This document shows positions 46,300 through 57,267 of a DNA stretch of 64,000 bases, one piece after another. The DNA is from Chthoniobacteraceae bacterium (GTDB lineage: Bacteria > Verrucomicrobiota > Verrucomicrobiia > Chthoniobacterales > Chthoniobacteraceae). The stretch spans positions 43,509-107,508 of the forward strand of contig JANNXQ010000012.1 in assembly GCA_031409655.1 (NCBI GenBank). Direction: 5' to 3'. Every line of letters begins with the position of its first letter. Position 1 is the first letter of the stretch. Under the pieces are notes generated by a model. That model worked only from the letters and a program-made list of their open reading frames with translations, did no database searches and was not told the origin of the DNA. Both the position numbers and the translations under genes were made by a program.

Positions 46300-47283
46300 T
46301 CAGCTTCGACGCAGCAGGCTGCCGGCGCGGGTGAAGTGTTCAGCGCGGAATCCCATGGCCAGTTTGAGCTGATAGTCACGCTCGATGACGTTCGTGATCG
46401 CCCGGCAGCGGCGGTAGTCCTCGCCGCTGATCAGCCCGCGCAACCGCGCCCACAGGCCGTGGACCGGCACCGGAAAATCGCTGCCATGCACGAGCCGCTC
46501 CGCGAGCAATCCCGTGTGACATTTTCCCGCATGACGACCGCGCAGCGGAACGTGCCACGCACTCGTGTCGCCGTAGAGCTTTGCGTGCTTCCCGACCATC
46601 TCCGCGAAGACGTGGAAATACTCCGGATCGCCGAGACCGCTCTTCGTCGCGGAGTGCGCGGCGATCACCGTCACGCCGCACTCGAGCGGCTGCGTGAGCA
46701 CGCGCGGATCGGCGTAGGCTTTGTTGATCACGGGCACGGTGTGCTCGCCGCCGGTGTGCGCGAGCAGCGGCAAGCGCGCCGCCGCCATGCGCTCCCAAAA
46801 CTTCCGGTAACGCCGATCATTGCAATCCACGTTGTGGCAGTTGGGCAGAAGCTTCAGCACCACCGCGCCACTGGCGATGCAGCGGTCGAGTTCTTCCAGC
46901 GCATCCCGGCGCGCGGGATGGATGGAGACGGCAGGGAGAAATTCGGGATGCTTGCGGGCGAGCTGCAGCACGTAGTCATTCGGCACGTGAAAGGAACCCA
47001 CACCTTCCAGGCGCCGCCCCTCAGCGTCATAGACCTCCTCTTGCGCCAGGATCACCGCGTGGCTGCATGAAGATTCGCGCACGAGCCGGACGAGATGCGT
47101 CACGTAGCGTTCGTCAAAGTCCGGCGCATCGAGCGCCAATCCCGCGAGCCCGATGTGCCGCATCATGTAAGCAGCCAGGGGTCGGTGCCAGAACCCCGAC
47201 ACGCGCAACCAGCAACCGCTGCCGCCCCGGCCATTGCCGACGATGTGAATGTGGGCGTCGATGTGCGGGGTGGGCTGGCTCAT
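46300..47283 (-). CDS. Amidohydrolase family protein
   Basis: IDAHIH, SIHP.R.DA, KLLP, LAHTGGE, IAAH, HGSDFP. Confidence 0.88.
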   Translation of the reverse strand: MSQPTPHIDAHIHIVGNGRGGSGCWLRVSGFWHRPLAAYMMRHIGLAGLALDAPDFDERYVTHLVRLVRESSCSHAVILAQEEVYDAEGRRLEGVGSFHVPNDYVLQLARKHPEFLPAVSIHPARRDALEELDRCIASGAVVLKLLPNCHNVDCNDRRYRKFWERMAAARLPLLAHTGGEHTVPVINKAYADPRVLTQPLECGVTVIAAHSATKSGLGDPEYFHVFAEMVGKHAKLYGDTSAWHVPLRGRHAGKCHTGLLAERLVHGSDFPVPVHGLWARLRGLISGEDYRRCRAITNVIERDYQLKLAMGFRAEHFTRAGSLLRRS

Positions 47284-47309
47284 GGGAAACTCGTGGACTG
47301 ATTCTGAAA

Positions 47310-47424
47310 AAGCACCAAGCAGCAAGAACCAAGCACCAACGATCGCGCACGCAGTCGCGAGAGCGAAAATTGGAATTTGGTGCTTGGCGCTTCTTTGGAG
47401 CTTGATGCTTGGTTCCTGGTGCTT
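47310..47424. repeat. Inverted heptamer arrays (AAGCACC)n / (TTGGTGC)n
   Basis: Four units at 47310-47339; 3+4 degenerate inverted units at 47370-47424; between divergent genes. Confidence 0.8.
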
Positions 47425-47439
47425 CTCACCACGACCTCC

Positions 47440-48501
47440 ATGAAAATTCTCGCTCTCCTCCTCGCCCTCACGTTCTCCGCCAGCGCCGCGCGCATCGAAC
47501 TCGTCGCCGGCGGCGGCAGCAAAGACCAAGACGCCCCGGCTAGGGAGTGCGAACTGCGCGAACCATTCGGAGTCGAGTTCACGGCAGCGGGCGAAATGAT
47601 CATCGCCGAAATGACGAAAGGTCAGCGTGTGCTGAAAGTGGGTGCGCAGGGTTTGCTCAGCGTGATCGCGGGCACTGGCGCGAAGGGCTACTCCGGCGAC
47701 GGCGGCCCGGCGACCGCCGCGACCTTCAATGGCATCCACAATCTCGCCATCACCTCCGAAGGCGACTTGCTCATCGCGGACAGTTTCAACCACACCCTGC
47801 GCCGGATCGACGCGAAGACCGGGGTGGTGAAAACGATCGCCGGCAACGGAACGTCCGGCTTCGCCGGCGACGGAGGCCCCGCAGCCGAAGCGAAATTCGC
47901 GACGCTCATTCAGATCGCCCTCGATCCCGCGGGCCGGCAGCTTTTCCTCGCCGACATCGGCAACAAGCGCATCCGCCGGCTCGATCTCGCGAGCGGAAAA
48001 ATCACGACTGTCGCGGGCCATGGAAAGAGCGGCGTGCCGGCAGATGGAGCCGACGCCGCGACTTCATCGCTCGTCGATCCCCGCGCCGTCGTGCCGGATG
48101 CGGTCGGCGGATTCTACATCCTCGAGCGCAACGGTAACGCCCTGCGCTACGTCGATCCCGCGGGCAAAATCAAGACCGTGGCCGGGACCGGCGCGAAGGG
48201 TGCGAGCGGCGATGGCGGCCCTGCCCTGCAAGCCACGCTGAACGGCCCGAAACATCTCTGCCTGGATCAGGACGGCACCGTCCTCATCGCCGACGCCGAG
48301 AATCACCTCATCCGCCGCTACCATCCGAAGGACGGAAAAATCACCCGCGTCGCCGGCACCGGAAAGCGCGGCACCGCCGGCCTCGGCGGCGACCCGCTGC
48401 AATGCGAACTCGCCCGCCCCCACGGCGTCACCGTCCACCGCGACGGCACCCTTTACATCACCGACAGCTACAACGACCGCATCCTCAAGATCGTCCCCTG
48501 A
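47440..48501 (+). CDS. Secreted NHL-repeat beta-propeller protein
   Basis: Signal peptide; repeats AGTG..G.SGDGGPA..A....P..L.IAD..NH.IRR. Confidence 0.9.
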   Translation: MKILALLLALTFSASAARIELVAGGGSKDQDAPARECELREPFGVEFTAAGEMIIAEMTKGQRVLKVGAQGLLSVIAGTGAKGYSGDGGPATAATFNGIHNLAITSEGDLLIADSFNHTLRRIDAKTGVVKTIAGNGTSGFAGDGGPAAEAKFATLIQIALDPAGRQLFLADIGNKRIRRLDLASGKITTVAGHGKSGVPADGADAATSSLVDPRAVVPDAVGGFYILERNGNALRYVDPAGKIKTVAGTGAKGASGDGGPALQATLNGPKHLCLDQDGTVLIADAENHLIRRYHPKDGKITRVAGTGKRGTAGLGGDPLQCELARPHGVTVHRDGTLYITDSYNDRILKIVP

Positions 48502-48580
48502 CCGATGGCTAGAGCGGACAGTCCCGCAGCGAATTGCAGTGCAAAAGCCCAGCGCAGGACGGTATCCGTAGCCGTGCCAC

Positions 48581-48653
<73 letters not shown>

Positions 48654-48655
48654 TT

Positions 48656-48690
48656 GCATTTAGGATTTAGCATTTTGGATTTAGGATTTA
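48656..48690. repeat. Single heptamer array (GGATTTA)x5, degenerate
   Basis: GCATTTA GGATTTA GCATTTT GGATTTA GGATTTA between the tRNA 3' end and the panE start. Confidence 0.7.
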
Positions 48691-48700
48691 TCCCATCTTC

Positions 48701-49636
48701 GTGAATCCAACTATTCTCGGAAAAATCGCGGTCGTCGGATCCGGGGCGGTGGGGTGCTATTATGGCGGGATGCTGGCGCACCTGGGGTGTGATGTGCGGT
48801 TTCTCATGCGGGCGGATTTGGCGGCGGTGCGGGCGCAGGGGCTGACGATTCGGACGGGGGGGGACGAGGTGCGGGTGCGGGTGGAGGCGTTTGGATCGAC
48901 GCAGGAGATCGGGCCAGCGGACTTTGTGATCATTGCCCTGAAGGCAACGGGGAATGCGTTGCTGGAGACTTTGCTCCCGCCTTTGCTGCATGAAAATACG
49001 GCGCTGGTGACTTTGCAGAATGGGTTGGGAAATGAGGAGTATCTCGCGGAGCGCTGGGGGGCGGAGCGGGTGCTGGGGGCGTTGTGTTTTGTGTGTCTGA
49101 ATCGGACGGCACCGGGGGTGGTCGAACATTTCGATCATGGGTCGATCTCGGTGGGGGAGTTCGGGCGCGCGCCTTGGCCGCGGACGCGAGATCTTGTGGC
49201 GGGGCTACTGGCGGCGGGGATCGAGGCGAAGGTGGTCGAGAATCTCGTGGAGGAGCGCTGGCGGAAATTGCTCTGGAATATCCCTTTCAACGGACTGGCG
49301 ATCGCCGCCGGCGGGGCGACGGTTGCGGAGGTGCTCGCGGACTCGGGGCTGCGCAAGGTGGCGCGCGATCTGATGAGCGAAGGGCTCGACGCCGCGCGGC
49401 GCATCGGGCACGACATCCCGGACAGTTTCGCCGACTTTCAAATCGAACGCAGCTACAGCATGGGACCTTATCAACCTTCCAGCATGATCGATTGGAAATT
49501 TGGACGACCGGTGGAAGTGGAGGCGATCTGGGGTGAGCCGTGGCGGCAGGGGGTGCGCGCCGGGGCGACGATGCCGCGGCTGGAAATGCTCTATCAATTG
49601 CTCCGCCAGGTGACGGCACGGGAGGTGGGACGATGA
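48701..49636 (+). CDS. panE: 2-dehydropantoate 2-reductase
   Basis: VVGSGAVG.YYG, ALK, LQNGLG.E, W.KLLWN.PFN, SS..D...GRP.EVEAI. Confidence 0.88.
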   Translation: MNPTILGKIAVVGSGAVGCYYGGMLAHLGCDVRFLMRADLAAVRAQGLTIRTGGDEVRVRVEAFGSTQEIGPADFVIIALKATGNALLETLLPPLLHENTALVTLQNGLGNEEYLAERWGAERVLGALCFVCLNRTAPGVVEHFDHGSISVGEFGRAPWPRTRDLVAGLLAAGIEAKVVENLVEERWRKLLWNIPFNGLAIAAGGATVAEVLADSGLRKVARDLMSEGLDAARRIGHDIPDSFADFQIERSYSMGPYQPSSMIDWKFGRPVEVEAIWGEPWRQGVRAGATMPRLEMLYQLLRQVTAREVGR

Positions 49637-50391
49637 GCGACTGGCGCGAGCTGCGACCGGAGTGGGGGATCGTGTTGGGCTCGGGGCTCGGCGCGATGAT
49701 CGAGCGGGTGGAGGTGCTCGCGGAGGTGCCCTACGCGGAGGTCGAGGGGCTGCCGGTGTCGCGCGTGCCGGGCCATGCGGGGAAGTTTCTCTTTGGCACG
49801 CTGGCCGGAGTGCCGGTGCTAATCGCGCAGGGTCGGGTCCATCTTTATGAAGGGCGCACGGCGGCGGAGGTGACGGCGGGGGTGCGCTTCATGGCGACGT
49901 GCGGGGTGAAGCGGCTGGTGCTGACGAATGCGGCGGGGACGGCGAATCGCGAATTTGCGCCGGGGACCTGGATGATGCTGGCGGATCATCTGAACCTCAC
50001 GGGCGCGACGCCGCTGCTCGGTGGGCCGAATTTTGTGGACATGAGTGAAGTGTACTCGGCGCGGCTGCGGGAGCGGTTTGCGGCGGTGGCGGCGGCTGAG
50101 GAGATCGCGCTGCATTCCGGCGTCTATGCGGGTTTGCTCGGGCCGCAGTACGAGACGCCGGCGGAGGTGCGGATGTTTCAGCGTCTGGGCGCGGATGCGG
50201 TGGGAATGTCCACGGTGCTGGAGGCGATCCAGGCGCGGGCGCTGGGCTTGGAAGTGGCGGGGTTTTCGTGTCTCACGAACTGGGCCGCGGGGCTGAACAC
50301 CGAACCGCTCGCGCACGAAGAAGTGCTCACGATGGGCAAGCGCGCGGCGGGAGACATGGTCCGGCTGCTGGAGCGAGTGATCGGGGGGTGA
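49633..50391 (+). CDS. Purine nucleoside phosphorylase (PNP family 2)
   Basis: VLGSGLG, VPGHAG, QGRVHLYEG, TNAAG, GPQYETPAE, VGMST, TNWAAG. Confidence 0.93.
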   Translation: MSDWRELRPEWGIVLGSGLGAMIERVEVLAEVPYAEVEGLPVSRVPGHAGKFLFGTLAGVPVLIAQGRVHLYEGRTAAEVTAGVRFMATCGVKRLVLTNAAGTANREFAPGTWMMLADHLNLTGATPLLGGPNFVDMSEVYSARLRERFAAVAAAEEIALHSGVYAGLLGPQYETPAEVRMFQRLGADAVGMSTVLEAIQARALGLEVAGFSCLTNWAAGLNTEPLAHEEVLTMGKRAAGDMVRLLERVIGG

Positions 50392-50393
50392 AG

Positions 50394-50505
50394 CTGGGAG
50401 CGCCGCCGTCTCGTGCGGCAAACGGATCCCTCGGCGAAGCCGCATTTATCAATGTGGCGCTACGCGCGGCGCGCACGATGCCGCACGGGACGGCGGCGGT
50501 CCCAG
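50394..50505. repeat. REP/REPIN-like palindromic element, copy 2
   Basis: CTGGGAGCGCCGCCGTCTCGTGCGGCA (50394-50420) inverted at 50479-50505; between convergent PNP and trmD. Confidence 0.8.
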
Positions 50506-50532
50506 GTTTCGCTTCCGAAAGTTTTTCCCAGC

Positions 50533-51222
50533 TTACTGCTCCTGCGGCGGGGGCGGTGAGAGCAGATCGGGGCGGACGCGTTGAGTCTTTTCCAGGGCGC
50601 GCTCGCGGCGCCATTTGGCCACTGCGCCGTGATGGCCGCTGAGCAGGATGTCCGGCACGCGCGCGCCGCGGAAGTCCACGGGCCGCGTGTATTGCGGGAA
50701 CTCGAGCAGGCCCGTGGAAAAGCTGTCGTCGGCGGCGCTCTGGTCGTCGCCGAGCACGCCGGGGATCAGCCGTACCACAGCATCGGAAAAGACCGCGGCG
50801 GCGAGCGCGCCATTCGTGAGCACGTAGTCGCCGATGGAAATTTCCTCATCCACGAGCTGATCGATGACGCGCTGATCCACCCCTTCATAGTGCCCGCAGA
50901 GAATGATGAGATGCGGCATCTTCGAGAACTCCAGCGCCGCGCGCTGATCAAAGCGCCGGCCAGCAGGCGACATGAAGATGACGCGCGACTCCGGCGTGCG
51001 CAGCGCTTCGAGCGCGGCGAAGATCGGCTCGCATTTCATCACCATGCCCTGGCCGCCGCCGTAGGGCATGTCGTCCACGGTGCGGCGCTTGTCGGTGGTC
51101 CAGTCGCGGAGATCGTGCGCGCGGATGGTGGCGAGGCCGCGCTCCTGCGCGCGTTTCATCATGCTCTCGGCGAGCGGGGCCGCGGCGATGGCGGGGAAAA
51201 GGGTGACGATGTCGATCTTCAC
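50533..51222 (-). CDS. trmD: tRNA (guanine-N1)-methyltransferase
   Basis: [59 protein letters not shown] start. Confidence 0.97.
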   Translation of the reverse strand: MKIDIVTLFPAIAAAPLAESMMKRAQERGLATIRAHDLRDWTTDKRRTVDDMPYGGGQGMVMKCEPIFAALEALRTPESRVIFMSPAGRRFDQRAALEFSKMPHLIILCGHYEGVDQRVIDQLVDEEISIGDYVLTNGALAAAVFSDAVVRLIPGVLGDDQSAADDSFSTGLLEFPQYTRPVDFRGARVPDILLSGHHGAVAKWRRERALEKTQRVRPDLLSPPPPQEQ

Positions 51223-51229
51223 GGGAGGG

Positions 51230-51332
51230 AGCATCGAACGCCGAACGTCGAACGTCGAACCTCCAGTGGATCTCCCGCCCGCTCGCCGCGCGCATTCGAG
51301 GTTGGATGTTCGACGTTCGATGTTGGATGTTC
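51230..51332. repeat. Inverted heptamer arrays (AACGTCG)n / (GTTCGAT/GTTGGAT)n
   Basis: About five units at 51230-51265 and five inverted units at 51296-51332; fills the gap between divergent trmD and PBP. Confidence 0.8.
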
Positions 51333-51341
51333 TGCGCCGCC

Positions 51342-53498
51342 TTGGCCAAGAAACCCTCCCGCACTAGCAATCGCACCCGCGCCCCCCGCCGCCGCTTGAA
51401 ACGCTGGCTGCTCTGGGGCGGGCTCGCGGCGTTCCTCATCGTCGCGGCGGTCGTCACCACCTACGGCTTCTGGGCTTCGACCTTCGAGATCCACGACGTG
51501 CGCACGATGCGCGAGCGCTCCACAGTCTTCGACATGGACGGAAAAATGTACGCGCGGCTGCAAGGCGAGAATCGCATCACCGTGCCGCTCGCCGAAGTGT
51601 CGCCGCACTTCGTGAAGGCGCTGCTCGCGCGGGAAGACTCGCGCTTTTACAATCACCGCGGCGTCGATCCCATCGGCATCGCGCGGGCCATCGTGCGCAA
51701 TGTCACCTCCGGTTCCGCGGCGCAGGGCGCCAGCACCATCACCCAGCAACTCGCGCGGAATTCCTTTGTGCTCGGCGGCAAAAATCTGCACCGCAAATTA
51801 CTTGAAGCCTTCGTCGCCGCGCGCATCGAGCAGCATTACGCAAAGGACGAAATCCTCGAGCACTACATGAACCGCATCTACTTCGGTTCCGGCGTCTATG
51901 GCATCGAGACCGCGAGCCAGGCTTACTTCGGGAAACGCGCCCGTGACCTGACTCTGAGCGAGGCCGCGATGATCGCCGGTATCATCCGCGGCCCCACGCG
52001 TTTCTCGCCTTTTCGCAATCCCAAAGGCGCGCGCCGCGAGCGCGACGACGTGCTGGATCGGCTGGTGAAGTTGGAGAAAATCCAACCCGGCGAGGCGCGC
52101 ACGGCCAAGGCCGCGCCGCTCACCCTCGCCCGCAAACGGCAGCTCGGGACGCAGGAAAACTACGGCATGGACATGGTCCAGCGCGAACTCGACATCCTGC
52201 TCACCGACGATCAACAGGCGCTCGGCGGCTTCAAGATTTACACGACCATCGATCCTGATTTGCAAAATGCCGCGCAGATTGCCGTGGATGCGCAGCTCCG
52301 GAAGATCGAAGCGAAGCCCGGCTACGTGCATCCGAAGCGCGCCGACTTTTCCGACGAAGCGCGCAAGGAGGAACTGCCCACGCCTTACCTCCAGGGCGCA
52401 TTGGTCGCGATCGACAACCGCAGCGGCGGCATCCGCGCCCTCGTGGGCGGGCGCGACTATGCGGAAAGTAAGTTGAACCGTGCCGTGCAATCCGAGCGTC
52501 AGGTCGGCTCCACTTTCAAGCCCTTCGTCTATGCGGCGGCCTATGCGCGCGGCCTGCTCCCAGGCACCACGATCGACGACGGGCGCATTGATCGCGGGGA
52601 GATTCGCGACGCCGCGGATTGGACGCCGGGAAATTCCGACGGGACTTTCAAAGGACCCCAGCGCGCCGACGAAGGACTCATCCTCTCGCGCAATACGATG
52701 AGCGTGCGGGTCGGCGAGCGCGCCGGGTTAAAGGACATCGCCCGGCTGGCGAAGTCTGCTGGCCTGCCGGAGATCCCGCTCCAGCCCGCCGTGTACCTCG
52801 GTGCCTTTGAGGCGAATCTCACGGACCTCACGGCCGCCTACACCGTCTTTGCGAACAGCGGCTTGCGCCGGCAGAGTTACATCATCGAGCGCATCGACGA
52901 CGCCGATGGCGAAGTGGTCTATCGCGCTGCCCACGTGCAGGCCCGGGTGCTCGATCCTGGCGTGTCTTGGGAAGTGACCGATGCGCTCACGAAGGTCATG
53001 GAGCGTGGCACCGGGGCCAGCGCCAAGGCCCTGGGTTTCACCAAACCCTCCGCCGGAAAGACCGGCACCACGGATGACTTCAAAGATGCGTGGTTCGTGG
53101 GCTTCACCAGCGCGCTCACGTGCGGCGTGTGGGTCGGGCTCGATCGTCCGGAGAAAATCGCCGCGAAAGGCTACGGCTCCGCCCTCGCCCTGCCCATCTG
53201 GGTCGATCTCATGAACGACGCCTCCGGCGCGCGCTATCCCGCAAAGACAATCACGCCTCCCGTCGCCCTCAAGCGCTGTCTCGTCTGCGCCGTCTCGAGC
53301 CATCTCGCCACCAGCGGCTGCGAGAAAGTGGGCGCCGCCTATACCATCGACCTGCCCGACTCCTGCGTGCCCGGAGAGCCCTGCAGCCAGCATCGCGGCA
53401 GCCTCCTCACTGGCCGCGAACGGAAAGACGAAGGCGAACGCCGCTCCGTACCGCAGAGCATCTTCCGCTCGTTCAAAAAATTCTTCGGCCGCGACTGA
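51342..53498 (+). CDS. Class A penicillin-binding protein (PBP1A-like)
   Basis: TM anchor, transglycosylase [19 protein letters not shown]; transpeptidase STFK, SRN, KTGTT. TTG start inferred. Confidence 0.95.
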   Translation: MAKKPSRTSNRTRAPRRRLKRWLLWGGLAAFLIVAAVVTTYGFWASTFEIHDVRTMRERSTVFDMDGKMYARLQGENRITVPLAEVSPHFVKALLAREDSRFYNHRGVDPIGIARAIVRNVTSGSAAQGASTITQQLARNSFVLGGKNLHRKLLEAFVAARIEQHYAKDEILEHYMNRIYFGSGVYGIETASQAYFGKRARDLTLSEAAMIAGIIRGPTRFSPFRNPKGARRERDDVLDRLVKLEKIQPGEARTAKAAPLTLARKRQLGTQENYGMDMVQRELDILLTDDQQALGGFKIYTTIDPDLQNAAQIAVDAQLRKIEAKPGYVHPKRADFSDEARKEELPTPYLQGALVAIDNRSGGIRALVGGRDYAESKLNRAVQSERQVGSTFKPFVYAAAYARGLLPGTTIDDGRIDRGEIRDAADWTPGNSDGTFKGPQRADEGLILSRNTMSVRVGERAGLKDIARLAKSAGLPEIPLQPAVYLGAFEANLTDLTAAYTVFANSGLRRQSYIIERIDDADGEVVYRAAHVQARVLDPGVSWEVTDALTKVMERGTGASAKALGFTKPSAGKTGTTDDFKDAWFVGFTSALTCGVWVGLDRPEKIAAKGYGSALALPIWVDLMNDASGARYPAKTITPPVALKRCLVCAVSSHLATSGCEKVGAAYTIDLPDSCVPGEPCSQHRGSLLTGRERKDEGERRSVPQSIFRSFKKFFGRD

Positions 53499-53564
53499 CC
53501 CAGCGCGAAGTCCCGTCGATCAGCGCCGGGTCGCGCCTGCGGGGACGATGGAGATGCGCCTGAC

Positions 53565-56500
53565 TTACTTAACCCACAACACCGGCTGCGTGATGCCGAT
53601 GTTGCGCTGGACTTCGGGGTCGGTCGGGTCGGCGGGCAATTTTTGCCAAAGATCGAGGTAGCCTTTCTCTCCAAGGGCGAGGCCACCGAAGATCAGGTTC
53701 GTCTGCCGCGCGGGCCAGCCTTCCCACGCCTGCACGTCGGGCTTGAGCGTCCACTTCGATTTATCGGCGAGGAAGGGATAGAGGAATGCGATGGCTTTAC
53801 GGATGCCGCGGCCGTCGGGCAGTTCGTAGGTCCACAAGTTATCCTGCTCGGTGCTCAGCACATGGCAGAGCGTGGTCATGTTATCGAGTTGGAAGATGGA
53901 GTAGCCGTAGGGCTTGGTGCGCTCGAGCTCGAGCGGGAAGCCGCCGTCCACGGCCATCTGCTTCGCCACGAAGACTTCTTTGTATTCCTTGCGGCAGCGC
54001 GCGAGCTTTTCCTCGTCGCCGATGAAGTCCGCATACACGGCGAGCTGGAGGTAGAAGGCAACGGCGTGGTTGTTCTTCGCGCGCGCCTCGTCCGCGCCGT
54101 TCTTGCTCGTAGTCATCCATTCGGCGAGCTGGCGGAACCATCCGCGCAACTCCTCACTCATCCCTTTTGGGAATACTTTGGACTTCTCGATCGCGCGCAC
54201 CGCGGCCGGGACTTCGATCAGGTGCAGCGCGTCGATGATGCCGATGCCGCGCCCCGGTGAGACGCCGGGGATGGCCTGCGCAAAGTCGAGGTTCGGATTC
54301 ATCCGCGTCTTCGGATCGAGGAAGAAACCGCGCAGCAGTTCCGTCGCTTTGGTCACGTAGCGCTCCTCGCCCGTGATCTTATAAGCGGCGGCGAGCGCGG
54401 CGACGGAATCGCGCAGGGCTTTCACGACGAGGCGATGCTGCGCAAAGTTCTCGGGATTCGATTCCCCGTCGCGGCGGACATAGGGCAGGCCGTCGGGCTT
54501 GCTCGGGTCGGGCCACCAGTAGTCGCCGTTCGAGTAGAAGTCATTCGGTCCGCCCTGGCTGAGATTTGCAGGAAAGGCGGTGATGGTAACGGGCTCCTGC
54601 TTCAGCGCGGCGGCGGAGGCTTTCAGGATGCGCTCGCGATCGAGCGCGGCGACATCGAGCGTGAGTTTCGGTGCGGGGGCTTTCGCGGGGGCTTTCGTTT
54701 CGGCGGTGGCCTTCGCGGGCTTCGTCGTCTTCGATTCGGTCGTGGGGGCGCGGTTGTCGGTGATGTATTTGAACTGCGGCTTCCGGCCTTCCGAAGATAC
54801 GGAGACGCACACCTTGTAGTTCGTGATCTCGGCGTTGATCTGCGCGCGACCGTTGTAGAGTTGCACCACACGCGCGCCGGTGGAGGTGCCGAGGTTGTCG
54901 AGCAGGCGGCCATCGCCCGTCAGACCGAAGTGCACGACATTGGCGGCGTCGAGGCACTCCACGTCGTTCGAATCGAGCATGCGCACTTCCATCGTGGCGA
55001 TGCCGTCCTTCTGCGCGATTTCTTCGAGTTTCATCTTCGCGGGTTTGCCCCACTTCTTTGTCTGGTAACCCACGGTGACCTCATCGCTGACCTCGACACC
55101 TTCGCGTTTGCCGACGGCCCGCAGCTTGTTTTCGCCTTCGTTGAGTTTCACGTTCCAGCGCAGTCCAGCAGCAGGAAAGTCGGCGCTCTTGCGTTGCTTC
55201 ACGCCGGCGGACTTACCGTTCACGAAGAGCTCCGCCTCGGGGCAATTCGAGTAAACGCGAATCTCTTTTTCCTCGCCGGCCGCACCCCAGCGCACCGGCC
55301 AGTTGTGGCCGAAGAGCCGGAGCATCGGCTTCTCAGACCAGTAGCTCTGGAAGACGTAGAAGCTCTCCTTCGGCGTGCCGTCGCGCTCGATCACGCCTTT
55401 TTGGTTCACGCGCGGCACCGGGTTTTCCGGTCGCAACGGCGTGGCGAAGTCTTTGAAGATCCATTGTGCGCTACCCGTAAGCCACGGCATCTCCTCCTGC
55501 TCCTTCAGGTGCCAGTCGAACAGGTTGCACATGTAACTCTCCGACCAGTCACCGTCCTTCGACATGCGCACCTTGCCGCCCGAGCCCTTGTAAGCCTTGC
55601 CCTTCTCCGCCGTGCCCTGGCCGGTCGCGACCTTCTCCATCATCTTCTCCGGCTCCTCGGAAAAACGCCGCGCGTGGCTGTCACCACCCCACTCGGCGTG
55701 GAAGAAATGTTTGGTATCCTTCAACGCCTTCTCCGACGACGCGCGATACTCCGTGTAGCGGCCGGAATACCAGCCCGCCCAGATGCTCGGCGCATAGACA
55801 TCGACGATGTCCTTGCAGAAGTCGCAGCGGCGAATGCAGGTGGGCCGCGAGGGGTCCAACTCATGCGAGAGCGTGTTTAGCTCTGTCATGAAGGCGCGGA
55901 TCTTGTCCTTGTCGAAGACCTCGAAGTCGCCCGGCCAATCGTTCTCATTACCAAGTCCCCACAGGATGACCGATGGGTGATTGTAATGCTGATCGAGGAG
56001 CGCGCGCAGCATGTCGCGAGTCTGTTGCTGGTAACGCTCGCCACCGAGACCACCGCGGCACCAAGGCACTTCCTCCCACACGAGCAGGCCGAGTTCATCG
56101 CACAGATCGAGCACCAGCGGCGCCTGTTGGTAATGGCCGAGGCGCACGAAGTTCGCGCCCATTTCCTTGATCATCGTCAGCGTCTTGCGCACCACGTCAT
56201 CCGGCACCGCCGCCGCAACGCCCGCGTGATCTTCATGGTAATGCGTGCCGCGCAGCAGGAGTCGCTCGCTATTGAGTTTGAACGGCCCGTGTTCCACCCA
56301 CTCGAACGAACGCACGCCGAAACGCTCCGCCGTCTGCTGCTCGCCGTGTTTCGATTTCAAAGTCACCACGCAGCGATAAAGCGCCGGGGTCTTCGGCGAC
56401 CACAGCTCCGGCTTCGCGATCTCAAACGCCCCGACTTCCTTTTCGCCCGACCACGGCGCGAGCTTCTGCGCCGCGGTGTGGATGACCTTGTCCCTCGCAT

Positions 56501-57197
56501 CGCGCACTTCGATCCCGAGTTCGACTTCGTCTTTCAGCGCCATCGCATTCGCGAGCCGCGAGCGCACTTTCACCGAAGCCTTGGCGCCTTCCACTTTCGC
56601 CTCCACATGCACGCGCTCGACTGAGATCGCCGGCACATACATGAGGCTCACATGCCGATAGATCCCGCCGTAGCGATTGAAGTCGCTGAGATCGGAAGGG
56701 ATTGCCTCCGCATCGCGCGAGTTGTCGCACATCACCGCCACCGGCACCTCGCCCTTCAAGGCCTCATTCTTCAACGCCTTCGCCGCCGCGTCCGTGATGT
56801 CCACTGTCCACTCATCGTAGCCGCCGACGTGCTCGCCCACTTTCTCCGTGTAAACGAACACCTGCGACTTCTGCCCCGCGCCATCGAAGTGCAACAGCGT
56901 GCGCCCATTCGGAAAGGGATTCGCGATCTTCAGCCGCGTGCGATACCAGCCCGGGCCTTGGTAGTAGCGGACCTCGGGATCCACCGCATCGCGCGCATTG
57001 AAGCAATGCGGCAACGTCACCTTTGACCACGCGACATTGTCGCTCGCCGCCTCCCCGCGCCATACTTCCCAGGTGCTGCCGAGCGAACCTTGGTAATGCT
57101 CCCAGCCCGTCGAGAGACGCTGGATCGTATCGGCGGCGAAGGAGTCCGCGCTGACGAAAACAAGGAGGAGGGCGAGGAGTCGGTGGGGGAATTTCAT
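53565..57197 (-). CDS. Secreted GH2 glycoside hydrolase fused to a C-terminal alginate lyase-like domain
   Basis: Signal peptide; GH2 motifs GWYR, H.GGY, YGGIYR, NFVRLGHYQ, WGLGNE; Lys/Ala/Pro/Thr linker; then YWWPDP, PY.RRDG..NP, MNPNL.FAQ, NNH, EL.RTKPYGYS.F. Alternative start at 57206. Confidence 0.88.
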   Translation of the reverse strand: MKFPHRLLALLLVFVSADSFAADTIQRLSTGWEHYQGSLGSTWEVWRGEAASDNVAWSKVTLPHCFNARDAVDPEVRYYQGPGWYRTRLKIANPFPNGRTLLHFDGAGQKSQVFVYTEKVGEHVGGYDEWTVDITDAAAKALKNEALKGEVPVAVMCDNSRDAEAIPSDLSDFNRYGGIYRHVSLMYVPAISVERVHVEAKVEGAKASVKVRSRLANAMALKDEVELGIEVRDARDKVIHTAAQKLAPWSGEKEVGAFEIAKPELWSPKTPALYRCVVTLKSKHGEQQTAERFGVRSFEWVEHGPFKLNSERLLLRGTHYHEDHAGVAAAVPDDVVRKTLTMIKEMGANFVRLGHYQQAPLVLDLCDELGLLVWEEVPWCRGGLGGERYQQQTRDMLRALLDQHYNHPSVILWGLGNENDWPGDFEVFDKDKIRAFMTELNTLSHELDPSRPTCIRRCDFCKDIVDVYAPSIWAGWYSGRYTEYRASSEKALKDTKHFFHAEWGGDSHARRFSEEPEKMMEKVATGQGTAEKGKAYKGSGGKVRMSKDGDWSESYMCNLFDWHLKEQEEMPWLTGSAQWIFKDFATPLRPENPVPRVNQKGVIERDGTPKESFYVFQSYWSEKPMLRLFGHNWPVRWGAAGEEKEIRVYSNCPEAELFVNGKSAGVKQRKSADFPAAGLRWNVKLNEGENKLRAVGKREGVEVSDEVTVGYQTKKWGKPAKMKLEEIAQKDGIATMEVRMLDSNDVECLDAANVVHFGLTGDGRLLDNLGTSTGARVVQLYNGRAQINAEITNYKVCVSVSSEGRKPQFKYITDNRAPTTESKTTKPAKATAETKAPAKAPAPKLTLDVAALDRERILKASAAALKQEPVTITAFPANLSQGGPNDFYSNGDYWWPDPSKPDGLPYVRRDGESNPENFAQHRLVVKALRDSVAALAAAYKITGEERYVTKATELLRGFFLDPKTRMNPNLDFAQAIPGVSPGRGIGIIDALHLIEVPAAVRAIEKSKVFPKGMSEELRGWFRQLAEWMTTSKNGADEARAKNNHAVAFYLQLAVYADFIGDEEKLARCRKEYKEVFVAKQMAVDGGFPLELERTKPYGYSIFQLDNMTTLCHVLSTEQDNLWTYELPDGRGIRKAIAFLYPFLADKSKWTLKPDVQAWEGWPARQTNLIFGGLALGEKGYLDLWQKLPADPTDPEVQRNIGITQPVLWVK

Positions 57198-57267
57198 CAC
57201 CCTCATGAGAGCGGGGGATCTCGTGGGATGATATTGGCCAGATGGCCAAGAGACTGCGAAACGCGGG

